DNA of 64,000 bases from NCBI RefSeq assembly GCF_021869535.1, contig NW_026262734.1, forward strand, positions 89,032,001 to 89,096,000. Direction: 5' to 3'. The notes beneath the pieces are model-generated. The model had not been told where the DNA came from. It did no database searches and was given only the letters and a program-made list of their open reading frames with translations. This document shows, piece after piece, positions 12,998 through 25,792 of the stretch. The DNA is from Mytilus californianus (taxonomy: Eukaryota). Every line of letters begins with the position of its first letter. The stretch's first letter is position 1. Made by a program: the position numbers and the translations under genes.

Positions 12998-13574
12998 TCT
13001 GTAAAGAAATACAATTTAATTATTTAATTTAGAAATATTCCCGGACATAAAACAGCGAAATCCTCAGCTTTTAAAATCTTTGCACATAATACATACATTT
13101 CATTAAACAATACCATTACATAGAAGTTTTATAAGATTCCGTCATTTTGATTGGACGGAGCATACATAAACATTAATTGTATTTTCCCAAGATATGCAAC
13201 ATCTATGACTTCACGTGATCTACGTGCAACGTTTAAACAATGCATAGAAAAACAAACGAAAAGCCTAATAATTTCATGGGTAAAGAATAGATATGTAATT
13301 ATTAAAGAATTGAAGGTTTCTTTTTGTGTTTTTAAAGGGTTGTAAAATTAAGAGTATAACGGTGCGCAAACAGTTAGTGTCTCATTGGCACTCATACCAC
13401 ATCTTCTTATATCTATAGTTACAAAATGTGATTCGGTCAAGTTCATTGGATGCTTTTGCGCCTAAAAAAAATAAAAAAGCAATACGTTCTTGAATAGAAA
13501 TATCTTTTCTCATTTTGTTGAACAAACATAAAACCTTTAAGTTCCCGAATGAAATTGATCACAGGATTTGTAAT

Positions 13575-13790
13575 TACGCAGAAGGACGGGTGCACATCTT
13601 GATCAGAATCTACCTACCCTGGGTACCTGAGATTACTCCCGGTTTAGGTAGTGTTAATGTTAGTCAGTCATTGCTATTATGCATGGTGTTTTGCAGACTG
13701 TTGATTTTCTTTTTTTTTAGCCATGGATTTGTCAGTCTGTCTTCGACTGATGAGTTTTGTTTTTCCCTTTTCAAAATTGGTACCTTCCGC
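13575..13790 (+). repeat. Dispersed repeat family B (3' tail-like); other copies at about 32115-32310 and 59800-60090
   Basis: Shared blocks cacctgagatta, gccatgg..ttgtcagt.t.t.ttcgact.atgagtttt. Confidence 0.55.
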
Positions 13791-15494
13791 CTCTTCTTTT
13801 GTCCCATAATTGAATTGAGATGTGTAGTGTTTTGTTGTTATTCGTTTCATACGTTTCATACTTTAGACTGGTTTTCTTTAAATTATGGTACTTATTTGCT
13901 TTCTTTTCTTTTTGTTTTACACAAGACTAATATATTTTTTTCCAAACTCGGGAGTATTACTTTTCTGCACACTTTGTAAACTCGGAATACGTTTATTACA
14001 TATCCGTACAAAGATCACACTAATTTTCCGCAATCGTTGTGGTCAGTTAACCAATGTTTTCTTTAAAGATGGGTTAATGCATAATCATTGTATGTTTGTA
14101 TATATTAGTTACCTGATCCTTCGAAAAATCAAGACAACAATAAAAATAAGATGTTCAAAGATAACCATTGAGACAACTATCTACAAAAAATCGACGGGCA
14201 AGGATATAAATACATGTGTTTGACAAAGTCAACTAATATTTGTGGAAAACAGTTGTTTCGTTTGAAGATCCTCAGAATAATTCCGAGAGTTTCTGAAATC
14301 CATTGCATGCACTAAATACGAGGCCCTTCACATGTTTAGTCACTTTCTTCCCGGTGGCAGTCTAGATATCCCGCCCTTCATCACCAGAAGACCCACGTTT
14401 TAGAACCTGCCTATTGTTGATTGTTCATGTCCTGACTGTGAATGAGTGAAATATATGCCACTGGACGTAAAAAAAAAGAAAACCATTGAAATTTCAGTAG
14501 TTCAAACTCCGTGTTTTGTTATAAGAAGCTCAAACATTTATCGAGTATAAAATAACAAATAAACAAAAGATAAAAAAAATTCCGACGTTTTAAGCTTCAC
14601 GTATACCTTAAAAGTAAATTGTGCCAAGTTTAATTTGAAGTCATTCCTATGTAAATTAAAGAAGAATTTGCATTGACAGTCTTTCCTAACTCACAGAGGA
14701 AACCAAGTTGATATAAGAAAAACAATAATGTTGGAGACAAAAAAAAAGACTACATGACAAAATTAAATAAACTATATGGAAGAGATTGGGGCTGTTAAGC
14801 CTGTACAGAGTGTATATTAAACCAGGTCATGATTTCTACACGACAAAACGTCATCAATGAGGATTTTGAAAACTGTACGCTCATTGGTAACGATTTGAAA
14901 AGATAAATTTTCTGGCTACATATCTAATGCCTCGAGTATGGAGAGTGTCTTTGTGACTGCAGTTTAATGACGCTCGCAGAAACATTAAATTAAATTGACA
15001 GCAGAAAATATCTAGTGTTCACAGGGAGAGGGAGGGTGAAAACTTATTTTGTATATTAAATGTATCTTAACTTAGGTTTAATTCAATTTCAAAAAGACAG
15101 GTGGATACATGCTAAAGTAAGGTCAACTGGAATTTAGGTTCTTTATGCATACCATTGCATATTTGCACCCCCCTCCTCCTCCTAAAAAAAAAAATTAAAA
15201 AAATTTTTCTGTAATCAGTATTTTATAACCAATTCTTTTATTTCTAACAGTTATTCTTTATGCATTTCACCTCATTATTCCCTATTCTTTATTTCGTTTG
15301 TCCAGTTTTCTCTATTCTTTATTTCGTTTGTCCAGTTTTCTCTATTCTTTATTTTTAATGGCCATTATTCTCTATTTTGTTAACCCCGTTCAGACCCACA
15401 TTTTGGGCCGCCTCTTACGGCATGGAGTGGTTCTTATCTTGCCTGGTGTGAGACTAAACTACTAACGCGCTCTCTTTTTAAAGTGATGTCAAAT

Positions 15495-16880
15495 TTTCCC
15501 ATCCTTCATTCTTCGTCTTAGTCGACCTACTTTCATACAAAAAAAAGTGGATGTGGTATGATTGCCGATGAGAAAACTCTCCACCAGAGATCCAATGACA
15601 TAGAAGTTAATACACGATAATAATACATATCCTGCTTATAAAATAAGGCGATGTGGAATAATTGCCAATCAAACAATAGTACATGTGAATTTAAGCAATT
15701 TTAAATTAGTAGTTTTTGTTCTAAATATGCATGAACTATTGTACATTGGACGGTAAACAAGCAACAACAAAAAACCGGACATCTATTTCTCCTTTTTTTC
15801 ATTATTAACATTCACTACTAGAAACAATAATCCTTTATTTTGTCTATTCAATATATAAACTGTACCTGTATATTATTATTTCTTGAAGATTATGATTAAT
15901 GTTCTACACAAAAAAATGACAAAAATTATGTATTCTGATTTACTTACATAGTACTCAATGACTCCGAAGACCTTTGTATGATATTATTTTGTTTACGACT
16001 ATTATCAATATTCTACACAGAGATAGACAAAAACTAAGTATTTTGATTTACTTACATTTTACTCAATGACATTCAGTGTATACAATAATTAACTCATTGC
16101 AGAATAAAAACTAATGTATGTTATTATTTCTTTAAGATTAAGATAAATTTTCTACAAAGAAATAGACAAAACGTTTGTATTTTTATTTAATACTTACATT
16201 TTACTCATACAACGTAAATTGCAGTAAGGAATTTAATATAAAATAATATATGGTACTACTTCTTTAAGATTAATATGATCAATTTTCAACATGAAAAAAA
16301 AAGACAAACGCAATTTAATTTTATTTACTTACATTTTCAATGCAGAATCGAAACTAAGTTTTGTTGAATATAGTTTAAATTTAGAAAATCATATGATTAT
16401 ATGACGTACATATACCATAAACACTTAAACTATGACCACAGGATTGTGTAAAAATATAAATAAAGTTGGGAAGTTTTACTTCAATGATTTAATTATGAAT
16501 ATAGGGAAAACTGCCAATACATATATCATATAATGTTTAAATGATTGGTTAATTTAAATACGAAATATATGTTAATTGAAGGTATGAAACATGTATGAGG
16601 AGAGACAACCCTTTAGTAAAAATATGGAATTATATGAATTATGTTGTTCCTTTAATAAATGTGTTTACTAATGAATCGAGAGAAAGGAAACCTGTCTATT
16701 CTCGCAATAAACTTTGGCTTTGGTAAACGATAAACAGTTTAATTTCTTTGGTAAAACTACTTTATCGTATTGAAGTTTTTAGAAACTTTTTAAACTTTTA
16801 AACTGTATTATTTGAAATTTGAATAACGACAGGATTCATGATAATTTATATTTCTAAGATGACAGGTTTTAGTCTATTTT
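15495..16880. repeat. Segmental duplicate of 18420-19290, containing four degenerate 110-140-bp tandem units
   Basis: Colinear similarity from caattttcccatccttca...gtcgaccta through tttgaataacga. The unit tctaca...gacaaa...tttacttacatttt recurs near 15903, 16012, 16151 and 16286. Confidence 0.8.
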
Positions 16881-17170
16881 ATAATACCCAAATTTCACAT
16901 TGCCGTCATGGTTCACATATATGTTTTTTTTCCTTAAAAAAACTATCTACCCCTATTTTTTGTTTCCACTGTCTGTATCTCTCCGCTCAGCTCTTAATAA
17001 AATTGCACATAACGGCTTTGCGACGTCAAAAACGTTAACCCGGCCTAAATAAATTGACTCGGACATATCAACGACATCATAATGAATGAACCGACGTTGA
17101 TGTTTGACCCAAACTTATCAAGTCATCATCCGGTTTGCTGGTGAAACAAGAAAAAACACTTGTTTCTGTA

Positions 17171-17274
17171 TTATAGATACAATGAATAAGCGTGGATTCT
17201 TGAAAAAGAAACCATGAGCCCGGAGGGCGAGTAGTTTGTTTTTCATGAATCAACGCTTATCATTGTATCTATAA
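17171..17274. mobile_element. 104-bp hairpin / miniature inverted-repeat element
   Basis: ttatagatacaatgaataagcgtggattcttgaaaaa is the near-perfect reverse complement of tttttcatgaatcaacgcttatcattgtatctataa. Confidence 0.7.
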
Positions 17275-17805
17275 CTTAAACTATTGTGTTGATGTCTTTT
17301 CAAAATTAAAGCCTTTTCTTAATTAGAAGGCATTGTAAGCGAGTATAAATAACCCTGTTATCATGTTCAACGATGCACTAAAGTTCACAATTAATTGGTT
17401 AGAGAAATACAAATATAACATAACACGTCTGTCTTTAAATTATTATGCATCTGAATATTATCCGTAATTTACAAAATAAGACATATTCGAACTTATTTTT
17501 AAGTATATATAATAAGTATATTACCAATATTTCTAGCAAGAAATCTAATTCTAGGCACATCATAATTTACTAGCATAGGTATTTGCGAATAAACATTTGT
17601 ATAGATATGTAGTAAAACAGATGAAATCATACTATATATATAAAACAAAAATGCACAAATTGAATGTTATAATTTTTTCAAGTACATGAATCAGTCAATA
17701 ATAATTCAAAAATAAACGGGAAAAGCCGCTACTTTAACAAAAATATCCACAATAACATACAAAATAAGAAAAACGGAAAAACTGAAGAATAGGGACAACA
17801 AATTG

Positions 17806-18090
17806 AAAACAGGGATTCGAACCTAAACCGACAAGTCTCTACTTCTAACTTGACTCTATAACTCATGGATCTTAACCTCGCGGCTACCAAGTTATACTAT
17901 ACGATTGTCTATTATGTATATATAAAGGTACAAACCCTGTGTGTCCATTGTACCGATGTGTATCATATGATCATTTATATATATAAAATAGACATCTAGA
18001 TTGCAATCTATTGGTAGCCGAGAGGTTTCATCGATGTGTTGAGGTCAGTCAGACATAACAGATTTCAAGGAGGGTTCGATTCCCAGTGAA
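17806..18090. mobile_element. Two divergently oriented tRNA-like (Pol III A/B-box) SINE heads
   Basis: Minus copy: ggtagccgcgaggtt...ggttcgaatccc (17809-17892). Plus copy: ggtagccgagaggtt...ggttcgattccc (18014-18084). Neither folds as a full cloverleaf. Confidence 0.5.
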
Positions 18091-18419
18091 GGCATATAAA
18101 AATTACAAAAAATAAAGGTAAGTTTTTAAATTAATTCCATTAGTGAACAGAAATCAGTAAATTAGCTAATTCAAATTTAATGAAATTAGGCACACAAAGG
18201 AAACAATTGAATATGATTTGGTAAGTCCATTTCAGCGACAGATTTAGGAAACGTTGATTCTAGAAAAAGAATAGGCTGATGTCACGGCAATGGTTTAAAT
18301 CATGCAACATAACAAATGTACTAGGTTTAAGATTTCTATCATATTTATTTTGTAAAATATCAATATGCAAACAACCTGATAATCGGTACCTATCTTACGC
18401 ACTTTCGTTTTTAAAATGG

Positions 18420-19290
18420 GTTCAATTTTCCCATCCTTCATCCCAGTCGACCTATACATTCACTAATAGTCTCAATAACAAATATCTATTAAATATATGA
18501 ACCGTACCTGTATGTTCCTGCTTCTTGAAGAATATGCTCAATTTTTTCTATAGAAATAGACTAAACTATTTTATTTTGATTAACTTACATTTTAGACATT
18601 GACATTCAGATTATACAGTAAGGGTTGCAATGCAGAATCAAAACTATATATAATATATTATATATAATTATGATCAATTTTCTACATAGAAATAGACAAA
18701 CACAATGTATTTTGACTTACTTACATGTTCAATACAGAATCGAAACTAAGTTTTGTCTGAATAAAGTTTGAATTAAGAACATCATATGATAATATTACGT
18801 ACACACAACATAAACACTTAACACTATGGCCACAGGATTGTGTTAAAATCTATATAATTATAAAGTTGGGAAGTTTTACTTCACTGATTTAATTATGCAA
18901 ATAGGGAAGTCTGCCAATACATACTTTTTATAACGTTTATAAACTGTTTTGTTTTAGATACGAATTACGTGTTAATTGAATGTATGAGGAAAGACAACCC
19001 TCGAGTAAAAATATGGATTATGAATTATTCCCTTTAATCAGTGAGTTTACTAGTGAGTCGAGAGATAGGACACATGACCTTTCTCCCGATAAGGTTTAGG
19101 CTTAGGTAAAAAGTGAACAGTTTAATTTCTTTCGTAAAACTATTACTCATAAGTTACTTAGAAACTTTTAATGTTATCTTTTGAACAGTATTATATGAAT
19201 TTTGAATAACGATTTTAATCATGTTAATAGTCGGGTTTATTATTTTTCACTCTAGAAAATTTATTAAAAGCATGTGAGAGTGGTATTTCT
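18420..19290. repeat. Segmental duplicate of 15495-16880 (two tandem units; lacks the 15535-15810 insertion)
   Basis: For example cagaatcgaaactaagttttg, cacaggattgtg and taaagttgggaagttttacttca are present in both copies. Confidence 0.8.
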
Positions 19291-19314
19291 TAGATGACAG
19301 TCTTTAGTCCAATT

Positions 19315-20445
19315 TTAATGCCCCCCCCCCCCTCCCTTCGCAACAAAGACGCAGTTGTTGGGGCCATATAGTTTTACCCTTATCCGTCATTCCATCATTC
19401 TGTCATACCGTCATTCCGCAACGAACAGTTATACCGACTTTTTTTCTAAACGCCTTCACATATTGAGCTGATATTTATAACGTAAGTCTACTATGATGGG
19501 CAACAGATCGAGAATACGTTTCGTTCCGGTCCGCTGATTTTTGTCGAAATTACGGGCTTTGGACTGTATAATTTCATGAATATAGTAGTTATACGGACTT
19601 TTTTACTAAACGCCTTCACATATTTAGCTTATTTTAGAATGTGAATCTATTATGATGAGTTACAAATCAAATTTACGCTTGGTTCCGCTCCGCTGCTTTT
19701 CGCTGAAACAAAAGTCTTTGAACTTTGAACATTTTGTGAAAATAACAGTTATACGGACTCTTTTTCTAAATGCCTTTACATGTTGATATAAAAATAAGGA
19801 GATGTGGTATGATTGCCAATGAGACAACTATCCACCAAAGTTCAATTGAAATGGATCAGATGTAAGCAATTATAGGCAACCGTACGGCTTCAACAATGAG
19901 AAAAACCTATACCGTATGGTTAGCTATAAAAGGCCCCGACATGAAAAATATGAAACAATCCAATTGAGAAAACTAACGGCCTAATTTATAACAAAACAAT
20001 TTACGAAAAACAAATATGACAAACATGCACCAATGACAACCACTGAACTACAGGCTCCTGACTTGGGACAGTCACATAAAGAATGTTGCGCGGTTAAACA
20101 TGTTTTCGTTTTAAAACTAGATGTGTCGAAACGACACGAATGGCCGTTCTTTCAAATAAAGCATGAAGCTATTTTTAGGAGCAGAAATTTGAGAATCAAA
20201 GTTTGTTTGACTGTTATTGTCACGAAATTTTCAAAGTCCAATGTCTGTAATTTCGTGAAAAATCAGGTGGGCGGAATCAAACGTAAATTCGATCTGTAAC
20301 TCATTATAGTAGACTCACATACTAAAAAACGGCTCAATATGTGAAGGCGATTAGAAAAAAAAACCGTATAACTGTTCGTTGCGGAATTTGGGAATGACGG
20401 AATAGCAGAATAATGGATAAGGGTAAAACTATATAGGGCAATAAA
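19315..20445. mobile_element. Two inward-facing Helentron-like heads with 160-bp satellite-like units, interrupted by a retroelement tail
   Basis: tatagttttacccttatcc.tcattc...ccgcaacgaacagttatac (19367-19435) is inverted at 20364-20440. The unit agttatac.gactt recurs at 19427, 19587 and 19747. Confidence 0.7.
19792..20105 (-). mobile_element. 5'-truncated 3' tail of the Naiad-like retroelement family (gattgcc subfamily)
   Basis: ataaggagatgtggtatgattgccaatgagacaac...gacaaccactgaactacaggctcctgacttgggacag matches 20941-21240 and the reverse complement of 31760-32070. Confidence 0.7.
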
Positions 20446-21837
20446 AAGAAAAATCATACACATGCCGAATCTTAATAGAATAACAAAGGATATGGGGTAT
20501 CCATCCATGACACAAAATTAGTTCACGCACAGCAAGAACACAAAAAAAAATACACCAAAGGAACATTATACCGTTCTGTTTTACCGATATTTCTAATCAT
20601 TATACATTTCATTTCAAATCATCTCAATACATATCTGAATATATGAGCACATTAATCTCCATATCGCAGCCAAATAGTACAAATACATTTGTGAATTAAA
20701 GAATGTGATTAAATTCATACGACATTTTAAATATCATTATATAACAAAAAATGTAATTTCATGATGTCATGTAGTTGTATAAATGTTTGTTTGGTTCTGT
20801 ACATGTACTTTTCAGTTAGGTTGACGGGCTATTTTTGTCAATATTTAAGATGTATTTGCGAAAAATAATACATTATGTGTTACATTGAAGATGCATTGTT
20901 CAATGAACAGAGGTAAAGTGAACATCATCCACCAAATATAAATAAGAAGATATGGTATGAGTGCCAATGAGACAAACTCTCCTTCTAAGTCACAATGTGT
21001 AAAAAGTAAACAATTATAGGTCAAGGTACGGCCTTGAACACGGAGCCTTGGTTCACACCGAACAGCAAGCTATAGATGGTCCCAAAATGACTTGTGCAAA
21101 ACAATTCAAACAGGAAAACCAACGGTCTAATCTATAAACAAAAAAACGAGAAAGGAGAAACACTGATGAACCACACCAACAAACGACAACCACTGAACAA
21201 CAGGCTCCTGACTTAGGACAGTTGCATACAAATGCAGCAGGTTAAAACGTTTTAACCGGCGCCAACCTTCACCCTAACCTGAAACAGTAGTGTAACATTA
21301 CACCATAAAAAGACACACTATGAAATATCAATTGAAATGGCTTAACTCGATGAAAAAGACATATAAACAAAACACAAGTAAACATACACTGAACGAATAT
21401 GTTTGATCTATGACACAATATAAATACAATATTAGTAAAAAAAGATGTAGAACAATGTCAAAGGTCAAAAAGACAACTTTAACCTGGGACAAAACGGCGT
21501 TAAATAAAGTAACGTACACAGGTAAATTTAGATATAATGATAATGTTGTCAGGAGTACGGAAACGATTTTTCCAAAATAAATTAATTTGTTGTTCACAGT
21601 GCGAGTACAGACGTGAAAATTTATCGTCATACTAAATACTGATCAAAGGTGGTACATAGTAAAAATAGTGAGACGAGATATACATGTAATACAAAATAAG
21701 TAAACATTGAATAACAGATATGCATTACAAATTGTGTCAAGAGGTCAAATTAACACGAAAGTACGATTTGAGAGTACTCTCAGTTACTGAAAGCTAGTTA
21801 AAAGTCAAAAACAATTAATAATAAAAAAATCATGCAT

Positions 21838-21905
21838 CAGAGACTAAAATCAGTAAAAACACATCCCAGGGATTTAGTGTTTTAACGCCATGGACAGTCA
21901 AAGAA
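21838..21905 (-). promoter_or_regulatory. SECIS-like element (form 2) in the 3' UTR of the Naiad-like ORF
   Basis: ATGG-cgttaaaacact-AAA-tccctggga-tgtgtttttac-TGAT. Ten-position helix II with one mismatch, apical AAA 12 nt from the core, tcc/gga mini-helix, gact/agtc helix I. About 160 nt downstream of the stop. Core reads ATGG, not canonical ATGA. Confidence 0.7.
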
Positions 21906-22052
21906 GACATGACTTGTGCAATGCCAAAATAAAAGTATCGACAGGCAGTAAGATAGTTCGGATTTAACCTTATAATACATATGTATCATGCTATATATAG
22001 ATAAAGCAATGTATTTATACATTCCAAAAACCCATTCGAAAAGAAGATAAAT

Positions 22053-25000
22053 TTAGTTATGTTTTAATTTGTTGATGACCAAATCGATGTTAGTGCCAAT
22101 GTAAACAATATTCAAAGATCTTATTACAACATTAAAAAGATAACCTTTACTAATAAGTTTGTTTAAAGGTTCGATGAGTTTACACGGATCACATAATGAT
22201 TTCCGCGCTTTTAGTAATATTACCGTAAAATTTAGGATGTGAAATACCGTTTTTAATAAGTTTTCTACAGGTACAGCCAAATTTACTAATCAAATCTTTG
22301 TATCTATGAAAGAATTTAGTAAATGTTTTCAGTAATTTATGGTAACGAAATCCCTGACTTAATAATTTACCAGTGATGCATTGATTACGTTCGTTAAAAT
22401 CTATGACATCACTACACACACAGGCATAACGAACGAGTTGGGATATATAAACACCGTATGATGGAGCCAAAGGAACATCGCCGTCTAAAAAAGGAAAATT
22501 AACAATAGGGAATGCAAAACTCTTTTGTCGTAAATTTAAGTATGGAGTTTCCCTTTAGAAATTGAAATGTCTTAATCTAGAAAAGGACAACTACTGCTGT
22601 TTATGTTAGATTTATTCAAAGTAAGTTCCTTTGAGTAAATTTCGGTAGTATATTAAGAGAACTCTGGATGATTTAACGAAAAATATCATCAAGATAACGG
22701 TAGGTATTGTTGAATGTGTCCAAATATATAACAATGACGTTTGGCCATAAACTGTGATTCATAGCAATACAGGAATAAATCTGCTATTAAAGGGGCGCAA
22801 TTAGTGCCCATAGGAATACCTACTATACACTTTATCGCCGAAACGTACATATATGTTGTCCAGGAGAAAATTTAAAGCTTCAATCATATATCCACACTTC
22901 CAGCAAGTGTATCTAGCATACTTTCCTTTTTCGTTACAGAAAAGGCTTTAAACGATTTACAGCAAATAAATTTGCAATGAGATTTTTCAAAAGACAATTT
23001 AATTAAATTTGAAAACTTTTTCTTAATAAGATTGTGTGGAAGTGTAGTGTAGAGAATAGAAAAATCATAACTGTCAACAGAATTAAAAGGCACGTATTTT
23101 ATCTAAAACCTCTAAAGAATTTTTAACAAACCAAAAATGATTAATACCATTATTTTCATAAACTTTATTACAAAAGTTAATAACAAGTTCTTTGATAGTA
23201 GTTAGGGAGGTAGTTAGAAGCACTGATAGATTAGTAGTAGAACAGTTACTAGATGCGGAGATGAAACGAAATTTAAATGGTTGTTTGTGTGATTTAGGTA
23301 ACCAGTACATAGTCGGGACTTGCAAATGTTCGGAAGAGTCTTTAAGCTGGGTAGTGGCAGTGATATGCTTGTTTACAATTTGACTCTCTGTGGAGCGTAC
23401 GGACCTGAATGTAGAAGAATTGATAATTTCGTTTTGGAGAACTTCCGTGAAGTATATGCGTCACACCACTACTACATTATTGGCTGCTTTGTCTGCCGGT
23501 ACGAACACAAACCGCTTTGCGAGTACTTGGAGTTTATTTTTTATTCTAGAAATGGGTATATAATGAACCCTATTATTGGTTTCAGAATTGTTTTGAAAAT
23601 GAGATAAACAAATATCAACAATATTCATAATTTTATTCATATAACTGTCAAGAGATTTTTTTATCAAATTTTTCGCGTTTACACCAATTTTTACAGTAGG
23701 CAGATAGAACGTCTTTAATGACCTCACGACACTGTTTCCAATCTTTAATGGATGGAGGACGATATTTAGGTCCTTTCTTAAAAAAAGTTTTTACCTCACG
23801 GTCTTCAACGATGTTGAGGTCTCCTGTAATGACATAACCATAGGGAACATATCTAAAACTAGATGTTTCACAGTCCCAAGTGGAAGGAGCAGTATATTCT
23901 ATATTGACGTCTGATGTTACTGACGTATAATTCAAAATCAAACTTCTGCTGGTTTCTTTGCACGAATACGAAAAAATAGGTGGTTCTGTATTATCAAAAT
24001 ATGGAGGTATTTGGCTATGGATGGTAGAGTCATTGAATATACTAGATAAATTAATAAAATCAATACATCTATTTATATATTTTAATTTAAGAAAATGCCG
24101 TTTATAATTTTCAGGTTTATCGATACTAGGAAACAGCCTGTGATGACAAAAGGCTGTAATAATACGGGTGTATTCATACAACGGGCTGAACATTGGAATT
24201 TTATCACACTCCAGAAAAATATCATGTAGTTTACTTATTGGTATATGAGCAAGTTTGCATAATAATTGATGTCTACCATTATTTTTGATTATAGATCACA
24301 GATTAGCAAGTGTATAATTTATACGATGTTTAATACGTAGATTACGGTTTGTACGTTTACCATGAGACTTATTATTTCTTAGACGTATGTCGACAATATT
24401 CATGACATCGATAGAAGTTTTAGATATGTTCCCCATGTCCCAACATTTTGTCATTGAGACCGAGAGGATAAGCTGTTTGAAGTATTTCATCCAAAATAGT
24501 TCGCGAACTTCACGGGATTTTTCAAATTGTTTGTGTGATTGTCCTGGTTGTTTCTAAACGGTTTCAAGTGGTTGGAATTTTATAAATTTTAGATTGTGAT
24601 TATGCTTATCTAAATGTTGGTATATCAAACTTTTGAATTTTGTAGGTCTTTGAAAGTGGTAAAGGTGCTCTTGTGTTCTTCTGTAATATTCTCGTACCAT
24701 CTGTCCCACATATTGAATACCACACTTAGGCTGAGTTCAAGTTACCAGATAAATAAGATTTTGGGTTTTTCAGGTAATGTCACAGGAAAAGGAGAGCGAA
24801 AAAGCTCTCCCGTTCACTGTTGACCTTGGCTAACAGTATTGTGTGAAGTTAATTTGAAACAGGTCAGTCATTTTCTGGCATTGCACTGAAAAATATGTGG
24901 ATATCCACGTGCAATTTTGTTTAACAATCTAGCTGCAGAGTTATTGCCTCCTTTGACCCAATTGTACACAGTGCTAAATGTAGCAGGATAATTTTGATAG

Positions 25001-25134
25001 GCTGCTGTAGAATTTATATTAGAAATACAATTTTTAAAGCACGTGGATCTTCTAGAAGTAGGATTGTTAAGACTTCCACTTAAGGTGCTAAGGGCCGTCA
25101 CGAACTTTCTCTCAGGGGACAGCTTTTGCTCCAT
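22053..25134 (-). pseudogene. Decayed EN-RT ORF of the Naiad-like element; candidate selenoprotein ORF
   Basis: ORF-track fragments join in frame across TGA codons at 24868-24870, 24770-24772, 24737-24739, 24296-24298 and 23461-23463. Several frameshifts and one in-frame TAG (about 24554) show this copy is inactive. Confidence 0.85.
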
Positions 25135-25792
25135 GATGACGGGTCATACTGACATTGAGATGAATAACAGCAACTGTTCCTTTGCTTTTTCCATTTGCTA
25201 ATTGTGATTTTATATCAAATATTGAATATCATATCTTTTCTATCACAAAATGATAACGGTACTAAATTAAATTGTCTGTTCGTTTTGGGTTTATTTTTTA
25301 GAAAGGGGGTGGGGGCGCACTTCGATCCTTTTTGTGGTAGGGGTCATCAGCTGAGAAATTAAGTACACCACCCTTTTCATGTTTTTTAGATACTAAAAAG
25401 AACATACCTTTTCACTATTATTTTTTTGACAAAAAGACCGATAGCCATATTATGCCATTTCACGGAGAGTAAAAGTAAGTTTGTCAAATATCTAATGCAT
25501 TTAGGGTTGTTGGTTTAATTGTATACAATCAGCAACCTTATCATGTATCAAGTTTTAATTTTTTAACCTTATCACATATAATGAAGCTTTATGAAGAATA
25601 TATAATAAGTGAGCCGGTCGAGGTTTGTTTTGTTTGAAGTTTTCACTACTCACCAGAACATGCAGAACGTATTCTTGAAAAATTCCTGTCAAAATTAACC
25701 ATTGTAATATGATTAATACATGTACCTGTATATACTAGTACATTTAAATATCTTGATTGATTGATTTTTCTTGCAAAACATCCAATTGCTAA

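Larger units (their letters stand above)
20941..25200 (-). mobile_element. Penelope-like retroelement with N-terminal GIY-YIG and C-terminal RT (Naiad type), with about 1.1-kb 3' UTR/tail
   Basis: Minus-strand order: Cx4Cx2C-like knuckle, NLIYLVT..CGIQYVGQ..R..EH..RELFW..LQTAYPLGLND (GIY-YIG), CxC-position linker (WDC..YVPYGYVITGDL), PADKAANN, YWLPKSHK, SYDFS.LYTTLPH, GIPMGTNCAPLIADLFL, RYLDDI, YGVYISQLVRYA. Confidence 0.9.

Noticed and set aside
13745-13760. ctgatgag as a hammerhead core
   Set aside because: No stem II or GAAA follows, and the family B copy at about 60048 reads cttatgag.
13515-14223. 154-aa and 112-aa hydrophobic ORFs
   Set aside because: They overlap repeat family B and T-rich low-complexity sequence. 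The hydrophobicity reflects base composition.
17806-18090. Functional tRNA genes, including tRNA-Sec
   Set aside because: Only A/B boxes are present. No acceptor or anticodon stems could be folded.
23648-23650. TGA ending the 181-aa ORF fragment as a sixth Sec codon
   Set aside because: It follows a frameshift in a poly-A run. The true frame continues as KKSLDSYMNK.
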